Position numbers and translations under genes: made by a program
Notes under the pieces: generated by a model
Seen by the model: the letters and a program-made list of their open reading frames with translations, nothing else
Told to the model about the DNA's origin: nothing
The model's database searches: none
Shown: in pieces, positions 23,701-32,611 of the stretch
How the letters are laid out: each line of letters begins with the position of its first letter
Position numbering within the stretch: the stretch's first letter is position 1
Assembly (NCBI GenBank): GCA_020137815.1
Contig: CM035360.1
Span: 1,116,001 to 1,180,000, forward strand
Source of the DNA: Hormiphora californensis
Taxonomy: Eukaryota > Animalia > Ctenophora
DNA length: 64,000 nucleotides
Direction: 5' to 3'

Positions 23701-26700
23701 TGTTGTAGTATGTTTAGATACTGCGTTGGCCATAAAAAGGGAGGTTGAAGTAGGTAGTTGCTAGCGGGAACTCCCTAAGAAGGGATTTTTCTCAATCAAT
23801 CAATTTTATCCAGATAATATCCAGATTATCCAGATATTTTATAATTCCCCCATGTTTTGTAGGGCTACTGGCATGCTCATCAGACGTGTGATGATGCTAG
23901 GAAGTTGACAAACCCCCATCCTGTATTTCTTAGGAGCAGTGAAAACACCGCTGAGGTAAGATATTAAAACAGGACTCAAATCGACCGAAAAACGGCAGAT
24001 TGGTCAAGAGAGAACAAGTCTTTATCTAATCACTACATTTATCTAATTCGTTACCAAGTTAGTTATTATAGAGGCTCCTTATTTTGGTGAGAATTGAGAA
24101 ATAACGCCACACCCCCTCTCTGAGTATCTCTCTCTCCCTGTCAGTCTCTCTACTTGTCAGTCGCACCCCTTCCCTCCCTGTCAGTCCTCGTCTCATACCG
24201 TTTAAATACTTGACAATCAATAGCTTTAACTCCCGTACTCTGATCACGCTATAAAAATGACTGATCAAGATGAACTCACCACAAATCTCATTAAGGTAAT
24301 AATGGACACTTATCACCACATCATTTTTTAAAATCTCTCCCATGTTTTCAGTTGGTATCGAAGACACCTCACACTCTGTTTAGAGGTATCAGAAGCGCTT
24401 GCCCTATTTTTATAACGCGCCCAAAACGTTATACTGAGCACTGAAAAGTTGTAGTCTACACTACATAGTTCTAGCTAAGGGGTTTGAGCCGCGCACAGGG
24501 CCACACCGAGACCAAATCTCGTTACTTTCCTGATTTCTTTGACACAAACAAGTATTGCAGAGCGGCCAATAGAGCTGGCGGTTTCAAACTTCGTCCGTAT
24601 TCGGAGGGATAGATTAGCAGTTCAGTGTTTCAAACCAGGTCTAATTTGGCAAAGTAGAAGCTGAGTTACAACATGTTTTGTACAAATGGTTCAACTTCAA
24701 GACCTTTTTAATTTTGATGGCCAGACCTTTGAAGATAGAAACTTCAAACTTTGCCACGATCTTTGATATGATATTAAGCATACCTGACTTACTTTTCCAA
24801 AAATTTTTTCCATCATTAACACCTAAAACAGATTTCAAAACCAAGGTTCCGGGGATAATTTTTCAAATATAAGTACAGAATTATAATTTTCAGACAATTT
24901 GGTGGGGAATACCAAAATTTGGTGCATTTTCAGTGAGTGGTTGAGGAGCTATTAATTTTTGAAGTGAATCAAAGCGGGTTTGTTACCCCTAACTCAGGCC
25001 GCTTCGCGGCCTTTGTTTGGCGTGCTTCGCACGCCGCGCCGGCAAGGGAGGGGTAACTTCGTTACCAATGTTTTCAGGTGATAAAGCGATGTCCAAGGTG
25101 TACTGCCCACGTAACTAAAACAGATGATGGCTCATGTAACCACATGACGTGTGCTGTGTGTGGAGCTGAGTTCTGTTGGTTGTGTCTCAGGGAGGTCACC
25201 GATATCCACTATCTCAGGTACTGGTTATGTTCTGACTCTTAGAGTAGAGTTCGGGATAGGGGATATGGGAGGGGTGATTCACTATCTCAGGTACTGGCTA
25301 TGTTCTGACTCTATCTTATGTAGGTAGAGTTGGGGATAGAGGATAGGGGAGGGGGATATGGTTCTAAATGCGGTTCTAAGATATAATCGATATATTATGG
25401 TCACGGTCAAAAAGTCTGCTGAAAATTGACATATTTGTGAACTTACTCAACCGTGGATAAGATCCACTCAATGGACAAATTTTCCAAACTCAGCCCACTC
25501 AAAATTGTTCAAATTTTATTAATCTGCTCCTTGTTATGATTACAATATGATGTAAGGGACTCTTTTTTATCTTGAATTTTAAAAACATGGGCACCGGGGT
25601 AAGGGCCCTATAAGGGGGAGGTTCCAACCTATTTGTTGTACGTTTGTACGGAAAAAAACACAGGTTTCCTCAAACAAAAAAATACAAAAAAATACAAAAA
25701 AGTACAAAAAAATACAAAAAAATACAAAAAAATAAAACGGGGTATAAACGATTAAACAAAGCTTTTCTGATCGTTGAAACTTTAGTTTATGATCATAATT
25801 GTGTCATAAATTCCTATTAAACTGTGGTTTCATACAAAATTAGCAACTTTTTCTTATAATTGGAAGATAAAAACATCTTTTAATCATGTTTTAATTGTTC
25901 TTTATCAAAACACAAGGAAATATTCTATTCAAAATTTTCGAAATCTGAATCAATGATGTTTACTTTTTCGAATTTCGAATGAAAGATAATAATTACACGA
26001 CAAACGTTCCTAGGTGGTACATTAGGACAAAAGGAACCCGTCCATGAACTTTTACTAGGCACCCACCTCCATAATTTGTTGTGCTTTTTTTTTGTACTGT
26101 TTGTACGAAAAATTTGAATTTCTAAGAGAGAAAATCTTTCCAAATCGAACTTTCTATCCAAGAAAGTATTATCGAATCGCAATTTCTAAGCGAGAGAAAT
26201 TTTCCCGAATCGAAATTTCTTACCGAGAAATTTTTTCGAATCGTATTTTCTAAGCGAGAAATTTCCCCAAATCGCAATTTCTTTACGAGAAAATTTTCTT
26301 GAATCGTATTTTCTAAGCGAGAAATTTCCCCGAATCGCAATTTCTTACCGAGAAAATTTTCTCGAAACTTATTTTCTAAGCGAGAAATTTCCTCGAATCG
26401 AAATTTGTTACCGAGAAAAATTTTCTCGAATCGTATTTTCTAAGCGAGAAATTTCCCCGAATCGCAATTTCTTACCGAGAAAATTTTTCTCGAATCGTAT
26501 TTTCTAAGCGAGAAATTTCCCCGAATCGCAATTTCTTACCGAGAAAATTTTCTTGAATCGTATTTTCTAAGCGAGAAATTTCCCCGAATCGCAATTTCTT
26601 ACCGAGAAAATTTTCTCGAATCGTATTTTCTAAGCGAGAAATTTCCTCGCATCGCAATTTCTTACCGAGAAAATTTTTCTCGAATCGTATTTTCTAAGCG

Positions 26701-28773
26701 AGAAATTTCCCCGAATCGCAATTTCTTACCGAGAAAATTTTTCTCGAATCGTATTTTCTAAGCGAGAAATTTCCCCGAATCGCAATTTCTTACCGAGAAA
26801 ATTTTCTTGAATCGTATTTTCTAAGCGAGAAATTTCCACGAATCGCAATTTCTTACCGAGAAAATTTTCTCGAATCGTATTTTCTAAGCGAGAAATTTCC
26901 TAGCATCGCAATTTCTTACCGAGAAAATTTTCTCGAATCGTATTTTCTAAGCGAGATATTTCCCCAAATCGCAATTTTTACCGAGAAAATTATCCCGAAT
27001 CGAAATTAAAGGTCCCCCCAAACTACTATGTCCCTTGCTGCGCGCGACCGGATTTTAGACGGCCATAGCTCCACCCCCTGATAATATTAGGCCAGTCATA
27101 TGACGTTGTGAAATATAGAGACTTGAAATTTGTTTTGTAGGGAGATCATATCGAGTTCTTCGTCCAAAACAAATTTCAAGTCTCTCAGGGAGTGGAGTTA
27201 TGACCGTGGGAAATTTCACAAAACACGAGTGAGGGACATAGTAGTTTGGGGTGTACTTTAGTACCGAGAAAGTGATCTCCAACTGAGAAAATTTTCTCGT
27301 AATCGTAACGGTAATCTGAATCAATGATTTCGTTTTTTTAGAATTTCAAAAACGTGTACTTTTACACCCTTTTTTAGTATGTAATTTTAGCAGGAAAATG
27401 GACGACAATGGAACTAAAAACGTTCATATATATGATAGATGGTACATGAACATAAACGGAACCCAGCTATGTATTATTTATTAAGTATGTATAAATACTT
27501 TTATCAGGCACCCACATCCTTCATTATTTTTTTGTATTTTTTTGTATTGTTTGTATGGAAAAAAACAGGAATTTCGGATACTTTTATGTATGGTCCGTAC
27601 AAAACCGTACAAAACCGTACAAAAAAATAGGTTGGAACCCCCCCCCCCTATAAGTTACACCTGCCATTACATCCTCCCCTATTTTATTTGGATCACCCTC
27701 CCTTTTTCTCATACATCCCCGATACTCCCCTTCCCTTACTCTGTATTGTTGTCTTGCCGCCCTGCTACTCAACGTTCTCTTTTGGGATTACTTTCGACGG
27801 AATAGTGCTGGAGGGAATATGTGCATTTTTGCAATACGAGGGTCGTGACTCTTGTGGGTCGTATGAGACCCTTGAGTACGATGCACACGAGATAAAAAGT
27901 ATACGATTTTACCCTTCAAGATCTTTATTTTCAGTCCGAGTGGTTGCACGTTTTGGGGCAAGAGGACCTGGTCCCGAAAGAAGCGATTTCTTTGGCAAAT
28001 TGCCACCCTAATCGGGGCACCATTCGGAATTTGTATGCTTAGTGCAGTAGCAATACCAGCAATTCTGATAGCTGTGCCCGTCTACGTGGGACGAAGGGTG
28101 AGTGTGAGGGAGGGGAGATGAATCAAACATCTTTTCTTGGGAATGACTTTACTTGGAGTTGTCGGGTGGGGTCACCACCTATCGCTAGTTTTGGAAGGGC
28201 CGCGCAATGGAAATTTCACCACAGAAAGTCCCAGATTTTGAACGCGCGCGCGCCTTGCCATGATCTCTCTTCCTAATGTTATTCATCATGTGTGTCATGT
28301 GAATGATATCATGTGTCTCTCCAATTGATTACCTGGACGATCATTGATGAGATCATCGCTCTTTATAGATGACAGAGTAGTTTGAGGTAGATAATAATTT
28401 AATTAATTTTCCAGTTGAATATGGAGTGGAAACGAAAAAAGAAAAGCAAGCTGAAGAGGGTGTGTGTGGTGACAACGGGGGTTACTATGGCATCTCTACT
28501 GTCACCCATCGTGGCTGTTGTATCCGTTGGAGCAGGTATGGTATTATCACACGAAATTATCACACTAAACGATGATTTTGGTGTATTGCATCTTTCATTG
28601 CTCAATCCTTTCTCAAACAATATTATACCAACAAGGGTCAAATAGAGTAAGCAAGGTGAATGTTTTTCTGTCCCCTCACTTTTCAAGAGATTGAACTTTG
28701 AAGGAGGCCGAGGGTGGGGTACACATAATATCATTGTCTTGTGTGTACTACATATTGATACATGGCTTGTCTC

Positions 28774-28850
<77 letters not shown>

Positions 28851-31800
28851 TTTGTTGACTCAGTCCGACTTCCGTGTATACCTTTCTCTCCCTGGCAGTG
28901 TGGGAAATCAGAATCACCCGCTTTGGTCATGTTTCAGCCAACATTATCAATTTATTGACTTCCTTTTCCGAATAGTAGATGGGTTTTTAGTTGTACAATT
29001 ACACTTCCACCAAAACTGAAATAGTACATGAATTTGCTTCCTGCTAATAATATAGTACAGCAGTTTGACGTTACAACACTGCTAAGCTCCTCTCTTTATA
29101 ACATACACAGTTGTCTTCTTGCAGCATACATACAGTTACTTGTGTATGCTCTCTACTAATTGCCGCTTCTCCATTGAATATTCAATTAAATATACATTGC
29201 TCTCTTGAACACTTTTATATTTGGTTTCTTTTACTCAACATGAGTTTTGCAATGATCTCCCCTCAAGCAAACTTCCACAGAACCAATATGCGCCCTGTCC
29301 GGGTTGTTAAATTCCTGTCTGCTATCCTCCTCCTCGCCCTATTCCTCCTCTTTATTCTCCAAGACAACCCTCAACACCACCAACAATCCTCCCCTACAAC
29401 AAACAACCTTCCTCTCAAATCGGGCAGTCTCCTAACCTACTCATCCTACTACCTCCCCCCGGGACTACCACCCCGGCCCCGAAGGGACAACGTCTCTGTC
29501 CTGTGGGTTAGCAGTCTCACAGAGGGAGAGGGACACCGGGGGTTCGTCCAGGAGAACCTGAATTTCCTGATCCCACTCGGACAGGAAGTTGATATAGGGT
29601 GGTTTGCTATCGACATTCCATCATCATCAGACCTGCTAACAAACAGTAATTACCTGGAGAGGAGGGAGGAGGAGAAACTCTCCCTCCTCACCTCCTACCA
29701 CCGGGGTAAATCCATGTTTATGGCTGGTAACTTCCCCATCACAGTGTTAGGATGTACCCCTTCCGAGTATCCTGATATCATCCCCCTCCTCCGGAACCAC
29801 TCAGCGGTATACAAGATTGGTAGAAGTATGTTTGAGACTACCTGGATCCCCGCAGGGTGGGATGCCCTGATAAACGAGTACCTGGATGAACTGTGGGTGC
29901 CGACTGAGTTCGCGAGGGAGGTTTACCATAAAGCGGGGGTGTTGAGACCCATAACGGTGCTAGGAGAGGGGTTTGATGGTGAGGTATTTAAGAAGTTACC
30001 CTCTCCTGATGAGGTGGTTAAACTTAGGCAGCGGTTCTTTCCAAACTGTCACCCCGATGATACGATATTTCTCATGGTTGGAAAGTCAGAGCCGAGGAAA
30101 GGGGTTGAGTATGTTATCAATGCGTTCGGGGACGAGTTTCGGAGAGGAGGTGCGTGTCTGTATTTGAGGACGAAACTGACCAATGTACAGCAGCGTCTTA
30201 TTCGACGTAGGAAGGGTAGAGTTACTAGAGTTAGGATGTTTGGAATGGATGCTCTGGATTACCGTGATTTGGTGCTGGCCTACAAAGCGGCAGATGTATT
30301 TATACTAGCGACCCATGGGGAGGGCTGGGGTAGACCTGTGATGGAGGCAATGGCATGTGGCCTCCCTGTTATTGTCCCCCTCTGGTCCGGGTTAACAGGT
30401 TTTGTGAAGGAGCAATATTCGTTATCCATCCCTGTTACCCGGTTAGAACCTGCCTTCCCTGATGAACCTTGGATTATACACGGTGAAAAGTATAGTGAAC
30501 TTCATAAGTGGGCGGGGATCAATGTGAAGGCGATGAGAAGACAAATGAGGTGGGCGGTAGATCACCCAAATGAAAGGAGGGATGTGGGGTTGAGAGCCAG
30601 GGTTGAGATGTATGGGAATTTTACACGGCAGCATATATCACGAACTGTGGCCGGGAGGTTGGAGGATATTTTATTAAAATTTGTTTTATAGCGTACCTTA
30701 TTTTGAATTGTTCATACACAGTGTCAGGCGACTCAAACCTTATTATTCAAGTTGTTGCTTTTTGTCAGTCTTGATACCGAGAAACCCGCCCATATGGGCG
30801 TCGCCCCCAAATGTATATAGGAGGGTTCTAGAACATACCAATCCTAAGTGCACTGGGCGGATAATAATGCTTTTATATTCATTGCATAATGCATAAAAGT
30901 ATTTGTTTTTGGGTTCAACGGCCACTCCTGATTCTGAGAAATCTGTTCTAAGTGCTTTGGGTAGTTTATGGTCTATGGGAGACTGAACAGAACAAATATT
31001 CACCCTAAAAAGTTATTATCACTCAGCTTTCTAATCCCACGAATCAGTGATTCTCCTCTATCTCACCATGTCATTTTAGTGAACAGTAACCGGTAGAGGA
31101 CCACCCACTAATCAATTAATCATCAATTCTGCTCTGTTACCTCACCCTTTTCTTGGGAATCAAAACTTTTAGAACCGTTAAATAACAAAATAAATGAATC
31201 GTTAAATATCACGGGAATATCTTGCGTTATTCGACCCTCCAGGGGCTCTACCAACGTATATAGCATTACAACTCGCCACTAGGACAGGTGGCACCCGCGA
31301 AGCTTCAAAATGCAACAAACGTATTTGTATCGTTATCGATATCAAATCACTCTGCACCTGTCATGAGTCATCACAACCCCCTTCACCTGTTACCACAACC
31401 CCCTTCACCTGTTTCCACAACCCCCTTCACCTGTTTCCACAACCCCTCTCTCCATTCCCCTGTTTCCACAACCCCCTTCACCTGTTTCCACAACCCCTCT
31501 CTCTCTCCATTCACCTGTTTCCACAACCCCTCTCTCTCCATTCACCTGTTTCCACAACCCCTCTCTCCATTCACCTGTTTCCACAACCCCCATCTCTCCA
31601 TTCACCTGTTACCACAACCCCTCTCTCTCCATTCACTCGTTTCCACAACCCCTCTCTCCATTCACCTGTTTCCACAACCCCTCTCTCCCTCTTTTAACCC
31701 TCTCACCCTTCTCACCCCTCACTCAACAAATCTCCTCCAGGTGCTCCGATAATGATAGCCTTCGTGTACACTGTCGTTCCCTTCCTGATATGCCGGGGTG

Positions 31801-32512
31801 ACTGCTTTGGAGTTGATGAAGGTATACATTTTTTGGGGACAAAAGTGCCGAAAAAAGAGCCCCCTTGGGCATAATTTTATGCCCAAAACCATGATAATGA
31901 AAAATTTCCCCACGGAACTATTATAATGGGTGGGGATTATTTTGTCAACAAGAAATTGGAACCAAGAGCTTGATAGACATCAACATTGTTCTAAAACCCC
32001 TTTTGGGCGCGATGAGAGAGGGCAATACATTATGAAACTGGGTAGGGGGCGAGGGAAATTTTAACCATCCGTTTCCCAAAAGAATTTATTTAAATAACCA
32101 GAGTATGGTTATGAAGTTTAAGACTTCCTTTTTTGCGACAAGTAGCAATTACTGTTTGAAATCCCCCTACGTTCAAATTTTCCATGAAGTTGGAGAGAAA
32201 AAAAATTACATAATCCTTTTCTTCTGGATTCTGCCACTAATAATCACCCCAAATATTCCAGGTACACTACCCCAAACATTGGGAGATCTAAACGAACAGA
32301 TCCAGGAAGCCCTAAACCTCGGAGGGGGAGGAGGAGGGTCTACAGCAGCAACTACAACATCAGACCAAATATCACCACCATCACCGGCTACTGGTGTTCT
32401 CCCACAACCCTCCAAACCGGTGATTGGGATGAGGGATCTCTCCGACAACTCTGATGTGATATCATACTGTTCAACTGCCTCGGCAGCTCCATCATCTGGA
32501 TCGTGTATCAGC

Positions 32513-32573
<61 letters not shown>

Positions 32574-32611
32574 GGCACTCTCATGTTGATTCAAGATCTA
32601 CCACCGTCTAA
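7464..32611 (+). CDS. RNF19: RBR (RING1-IBR-RING2) E3 ubiquitin ligase, RNF19/Dorfin family, 10 exons
   Basis: Phase-consistent GT-AG exons 7464-7637, 7909-8001, 8789-8903, 15765-15916, 23863-23955, 25078-25217, 27935-28097, 28415-28535, 31741-31821, 32262-32611. RING1 [19 protein letters not shown]; [29 protein letters not shown]; RING2 [27 protein letters not shown]; RNF19-specific [20 protein letters not shown] followed by two hydrophobic segments; poly-Asp tail from (GAT)n. Confidence 0.93.
8533..8760. repeat. Imperfect (AG)n/(CT)n inverted microsatellite
   Basis: AG-rich tract, GAGCTC centre near 8580, then a CT tract just upstream of the RNF19 exon 3 acceptor. Confidence 0.85.
9213..11831 (+). 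CDS. LINE ORF2: C-terminal part of the APE endonuclease plus reverse transcriptase (uninterrupted)
   Basis: Motifs [20 protein letters not shown] (APE); [38 protein letters not shown] (RT). The first ~30 codons are probably flanking DNA. Confidence 0.92.
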   Translation: MCKMRFNTDLSERGDDPIERRLSKDGLYLFNYMIMGDFNFQVQDSGNFYARKLLHLLDSFDFVQNVPSVPTHVRGGTLDLMICQRDFLTKLENVQVFPDGTLSDHFLATVDLKLSTPGDDYRTWRKMYSYRDFNSVDPEEFRRALQEVCLRVPDGCTAEEALRIYDSALEEVVRKLVPMKRRKEVKSVKLWRERQDVREALRERRRAERAWESNKTGLNKIQYKELQRRFEKIDKQARMEFSRKQLEEVKDDPAALQKRLGRLIGKSETVLPGGVSDGKLAGDFAEFFSGKIEKIRTAVRDEQEDGSEELTVDSLPAPTCTLTKFEEIRVNELVRVVKEMSSKSCDLDPIPTWLVKDCLEELAPILTNIINKSLLRSTVPDIMQKALVMPTIKNPNGDTDLFSNYRPVSNISFVSKVLEKVVLNQLNSYLWMNDLLNADQSGYRAGHSCETLLAGMFDDLLKDLDSGKVSALLLLDMSAAFDTVDHSKLIGILEARFRVRGSALEWFRSYLSKRTFKVNVRGELSAAIALICGVPQGSLLGPVLFLLYIEELQDIVRPYGLKIKLYADDSQIYFGLVPSDAEGWSSSKKTLEDCLKNVKTWMVNHGLKCNEDKTEFLLLGKTSSLEKMAFDPEIQFGGSVVRPMECKGTTGKTLGVLMDHQLTLERQIFNVKKQCGLMLKNLWQVNKCLDKDTKIMLVKQLVISRIDYCNILYYGLPKRILRYLQKTLNSCVRFIFNLKGHQDDYTEYYKEAHILPIEQRLTFKACLLAYKIVRGTAPKYLMDLVPRDDNPEPVKPTRSTSVPDFFRLKYPKLSSVNANSKLRRRRISVFLPEVWNSLPLELRSVHPVELFKTRLKTRLFKEAFVDPESSST
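9301..12272 (+). mobile_element. 5'-truncated non-LTR retrotransposon (L2/CR1 group) in RNF19 intron 3
   Basis: ORF reading through 9301-11831 begins mid-endonuclease. 3' UTR ends GGGCGGTATACAAAAACTTAT(ATT)n at about 12250-12275. Candidate TSD TTATCTTT at 9293-9300 and 12273-12280. Confidence 0.9.
12781..15068. mobile_element. piggyBac-like non-autonomous foldback element
   Basis: TTAA|CCCTTTGACGGCGA...TCGCCGTCAAAGGG|TTAA (TSDs 12777-12780 and 15069-15072). Internal inverted repeat of about 760 bp (about 13125-13890 vs 14165-14935), built from three ~170-bp subrepeats. No transposase ORF. Confidence 0.9.
15989..16295 (+). repeat. 5' LTR
   Basis: TGGTGTAGTATCGG...GGCTTTACTCTA; same sequence as 23276-23582. 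Confidence 0.95.
16321..18165 (+). CDS. gag: Gag with four CCHC zinc knuckles
   Basis: ATG at 16321 just after the PBS (MPPRKRKY.., NLS-like). MHR-like [16 protein letters not shown]. Knuckles [56 protein letters not shown]. Confidence 0.92.
   Translation: MPPRKRKYAAPVRKSKRIAAMASEDIASPLRTPLSVVEEERVLVRANVYSKTTSDSTSSNGDERRTTEKNAETMPQSDSGAFDFYSFMDSMPAVQQPAPSHRVPSPVYTPAAKGAFLGEDALQRSDSCRVRALKKESRVETPLPTVNLKEAGKLFVRGATIPSPLRSVSAEDSEEEEEQYWYGYVDGRGYHPMSEKQEQTYRNFLARQRAGMPSQIDDPPRPVIIDPRGEPIRPTPIARRDCNPRQLAVDSDRESVSTDTLPRVRSEHRYSRFQKIKTPIYKSGDDFDVFLMKFLKYLKRSNVAWVELGEHLLESIECKDKYKRVNRLKLLGPEQRDPDLLISAVRSAIVDSVKDEEAERRKLMQMKQDTEESVEEFADRIREVAEYAFPSEIDRVVNQRMIEALQDGLIDTRVSELVCDLRSCNLNFDKVVVQAAKRAKRNQMFRGDVYRDPASTSPHSDNVFRMTSNVVEDNAPSAPARQTSGNAPASVPQCSKCNQRGHDDDNCWASMTCQLCRAHGHPAHRCERFRGRNGNSRGGRNSNPTTRSGGDRSSSYRGCYECGALDHRVAQCPIRARTVQCYSCYQFGHRAAECPQFQGNGGAIGGYPAATGRQ
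18060..20252 (+). CDS. pol: Pol: aspartic protease, reverse transcriptase and N-terminal RNase H (truncated)
   Basis: FVDSGSS (protease); [23 protein letters not shown] (RT); [14 protein letters not shown] (RNase H start). The frame is lost near 20235. Confidence 0.92.
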   Translation: MLFLLPVWAPSGGVSSISGKRRGDWRLPSSNRSPVNTVTRTDVESGERRKTITTVSPSRSFAAVCSEEVTPPQEESVVKKVDSREQKTCQVVIEGQMGKHRVRAFVDSGSSISLVCKQIVQRMGMLDSMVPTSRKVFDFSGNPISLHGTIDLNFSVGTRVINQCFVVCGSMDTEVLLGHDFLSVNHCCLDYGWELFLLPGGESVSFAPRLKNVEKSHLIRGLQGQVVPPDSIAYIQGRLPQHLKSCVGMITPFGAVGEDGLLVASAVAEGRDQKVTLKVINISCHPVSIRNKQVLGRFGPIPEYRPISGVQWADQDSVVNKISIDVHERWTREELFDRLGLAKRQGPDMTEEEEGQLREILWKYRDVFSYDEYDIGCSNMYTAEIRLKEGAQPCWANPFPVPYKLRDEMDRNIEKMKEAGVVEELQEPSDWNSPIFLVKKKTAGSWRLVADLRCVNKECVGDSYPLPNLNHVLDSIGGDSIFSSFDLSKGFWQVPYTQESKKVTAFLHRGRQLCFARMLMGHKTSSSKFTRMMEKLLGTLPIEQVIYFVDDVFLSSKTVSEHLTRLDRLLNRFQTANLKISPGKTELLKKEVEFVGISISGKGVSITDDRVKSLTSLPAPKSRKEVSEVLGAFNYIRKWVKGFSSITKPLHNILSGPKSRPFVWSAECDRAYNHLKELVCEKTTLSIPDPDDPFQSYEVTVDASMDGYGATLSQELMCDDVRERKRWCWV
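18114..18160 (+). promoter_or_regulatory. -1 programmed ribosomal frameshift signal (gag-pol)
   Basis: Slippery heptamer G GGA AAC at 18114-18120 in the gag frame. Pol is in the -1 frame. Five nt downstream is a stem GGCGATTGG/CCGGTCGCC. Confidence 0.85.
20335..22374 (+). CDS. Pol C-terminal part: acidic linker plus integrase
   Basis: HHCC zinc finger ([14 protein letters not shown]), catalytic D-D-E region ([20 protein letters not shown]), GPF-type motif (WNGPF). Confidence 0.9.
   Translation: MEELCGEDQPTRVQSDDLSELGSEQQSVNNLISRGDVTDVVVNQLHGVPDIRGSICEDEISLVLENPQFLTDGVPVILEDTEGTNVGEKGTEADGACDTDHFGFGWLDSCNESEVHHQTIYHVEPSCWCTAKPASTVPEVLEVNAIFDIPDGGGQLLNWREWEAAQKEDDIFLVVRNWVIQGSRDVVQANRTPTELMSLWKQFNLLRVEDGVLQRRWTFTSTGEDRWLILVPPDKRELVMNRCHGDLCGHAGVENTQLCLRRWYYWPGMESDVKEFVAACVNCGSNKQPRAYGRAPMARMMFHHFNDAIIIDHIVPQRKGNTPRRNNAILTISDAWSNFVIAVPVKSQTSEENRRTILESWVYRMGWPREIICDNHQGFRGAQFRRFFEIHGVKLTYGTAYKAASTARAEMNNKRTNTVLRATLHQMCPRNWDLHLAKVSFVLNCLKNRRTGYTANRLVYGRELNVPEMLMLDRGGDSEQSGEPNLSAEIYRSSKELRDISRRVRKNMDTDWGYAKRSYDKKCHDPGYSAGDQVFVRINCPAHKFGARWNGPFLVKRVLNPYLYIVSKSATEDKVINISKLKLYRKKQAGENTGVNVETVVDPVDPVPLIDLATGETQEEPIVIAPVVEPVPDTSHEITSFPSVPVQPERGGTAWAGRLRKRIAKVVSRISRAGSNRRG
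23276..23582 (+). repeat. 3' LTR
   Basis: Follows the polypurine tract at 23263-23275; matches the 5' LTR. Confidence 0.95.
25614..27648. mobile_element. Non-autonomous TIR element carrying an internal ~61-bp satellite
   Basis: TATAA|GGGGGAGGTTCCAACCTATTT...AAATAGGTTGGAACCCCCC|TATAA, with (AAAAAATACA)n subterminal repeats mirrored at both ends. Confidence 0.8.
26120..27005. repeat. Tandem repeat, ~61-63 bp unit made of two related halves
   Basis: Unit TTTCTAAGCGAGAAATTTCCCCGAATCGCAATTTCTTACCGAGAAAATTTTCTCGAATCGTAT, about 14 copies. Confidence 0.95.
28776..28845. repeat. (CT)n microsatellite
   Basis: Direct reading of the sequence. Confidence 0.95.
29240..30691 (+). CDS. Intronless GT-B glycosyltransferase (GT4 family) with an N-terminal type II membrane anchor, nested in RNF19 intron 8
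   Basis: Single ORF from ATG 29240. Hydrophobic [16 protein letters not shown]; [17 protein letters not shown]; VGKSEPRKG; [31 protein letters not shown] (EX7E motif of retaining GT4 enzymes). Confidence 0.88.
   Translation: MSFAMISPQANFHRTNMRPVRVVKFLSAILLLALFLLFILQDNPQHHQQSSPTTNNLPLKSGSLLTYSSYYLPPGLPPRPRRDNVSVLWVSSLTEGEGHRGFVQENLNFLIPLGQEVDIGWFAIDIPSSSDLLTNSNYLERREEEKLSLLTSYHRGKSMFMAGNFPITVLGCTPSEYPDIIPLLRNHSAVYKIGRSMFETTWIPAGWDALINEYLDELWVPTEFAREVYHKAGVLRPITVLGEGFDGEVFKKLPSPDEVVKLRQRFFPNCHPDDTIFLMVGKSEPRKGVEYVINAFGDEFRRGGACLYLRTKLTNVQQRLIRRRKGRVTRVRMFGMDALDYRDLVLAYKAADVFILATHGEGWGRPVMEAMACGLPVIVPLWSGLTGFVKEQYSLSIPVTRLEPAFPDEPWIIHGEKYSELHKWAGINVKAMRRQMRWAVDHPNERRDVGLRARVEMYGNFTRQHISRTVAGRLEDILLKFVL
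31372..31690. repeat. C-rich minisatellite (TTCACCTGTTTCCACAACCCC plus variable CT), directly upstream of the RNF19 exon 9 acceptor
   Basis: About 11 units of 21-32 bp. Confidence 0.9.

Noticed and set aside
26120-27005. Regular repeat array superficially like a CRISPR array
   Set aside because: No unique spacers, no cas genes, eukaryotic context; it is a simple satellite inside a TIR element.
32513-32572. (GAT)n as a standalone repeat or artefact
   Set aside because: It lies in frame in the last RNF19 exon, encoding poly-Asp; counted as part of the CDS.
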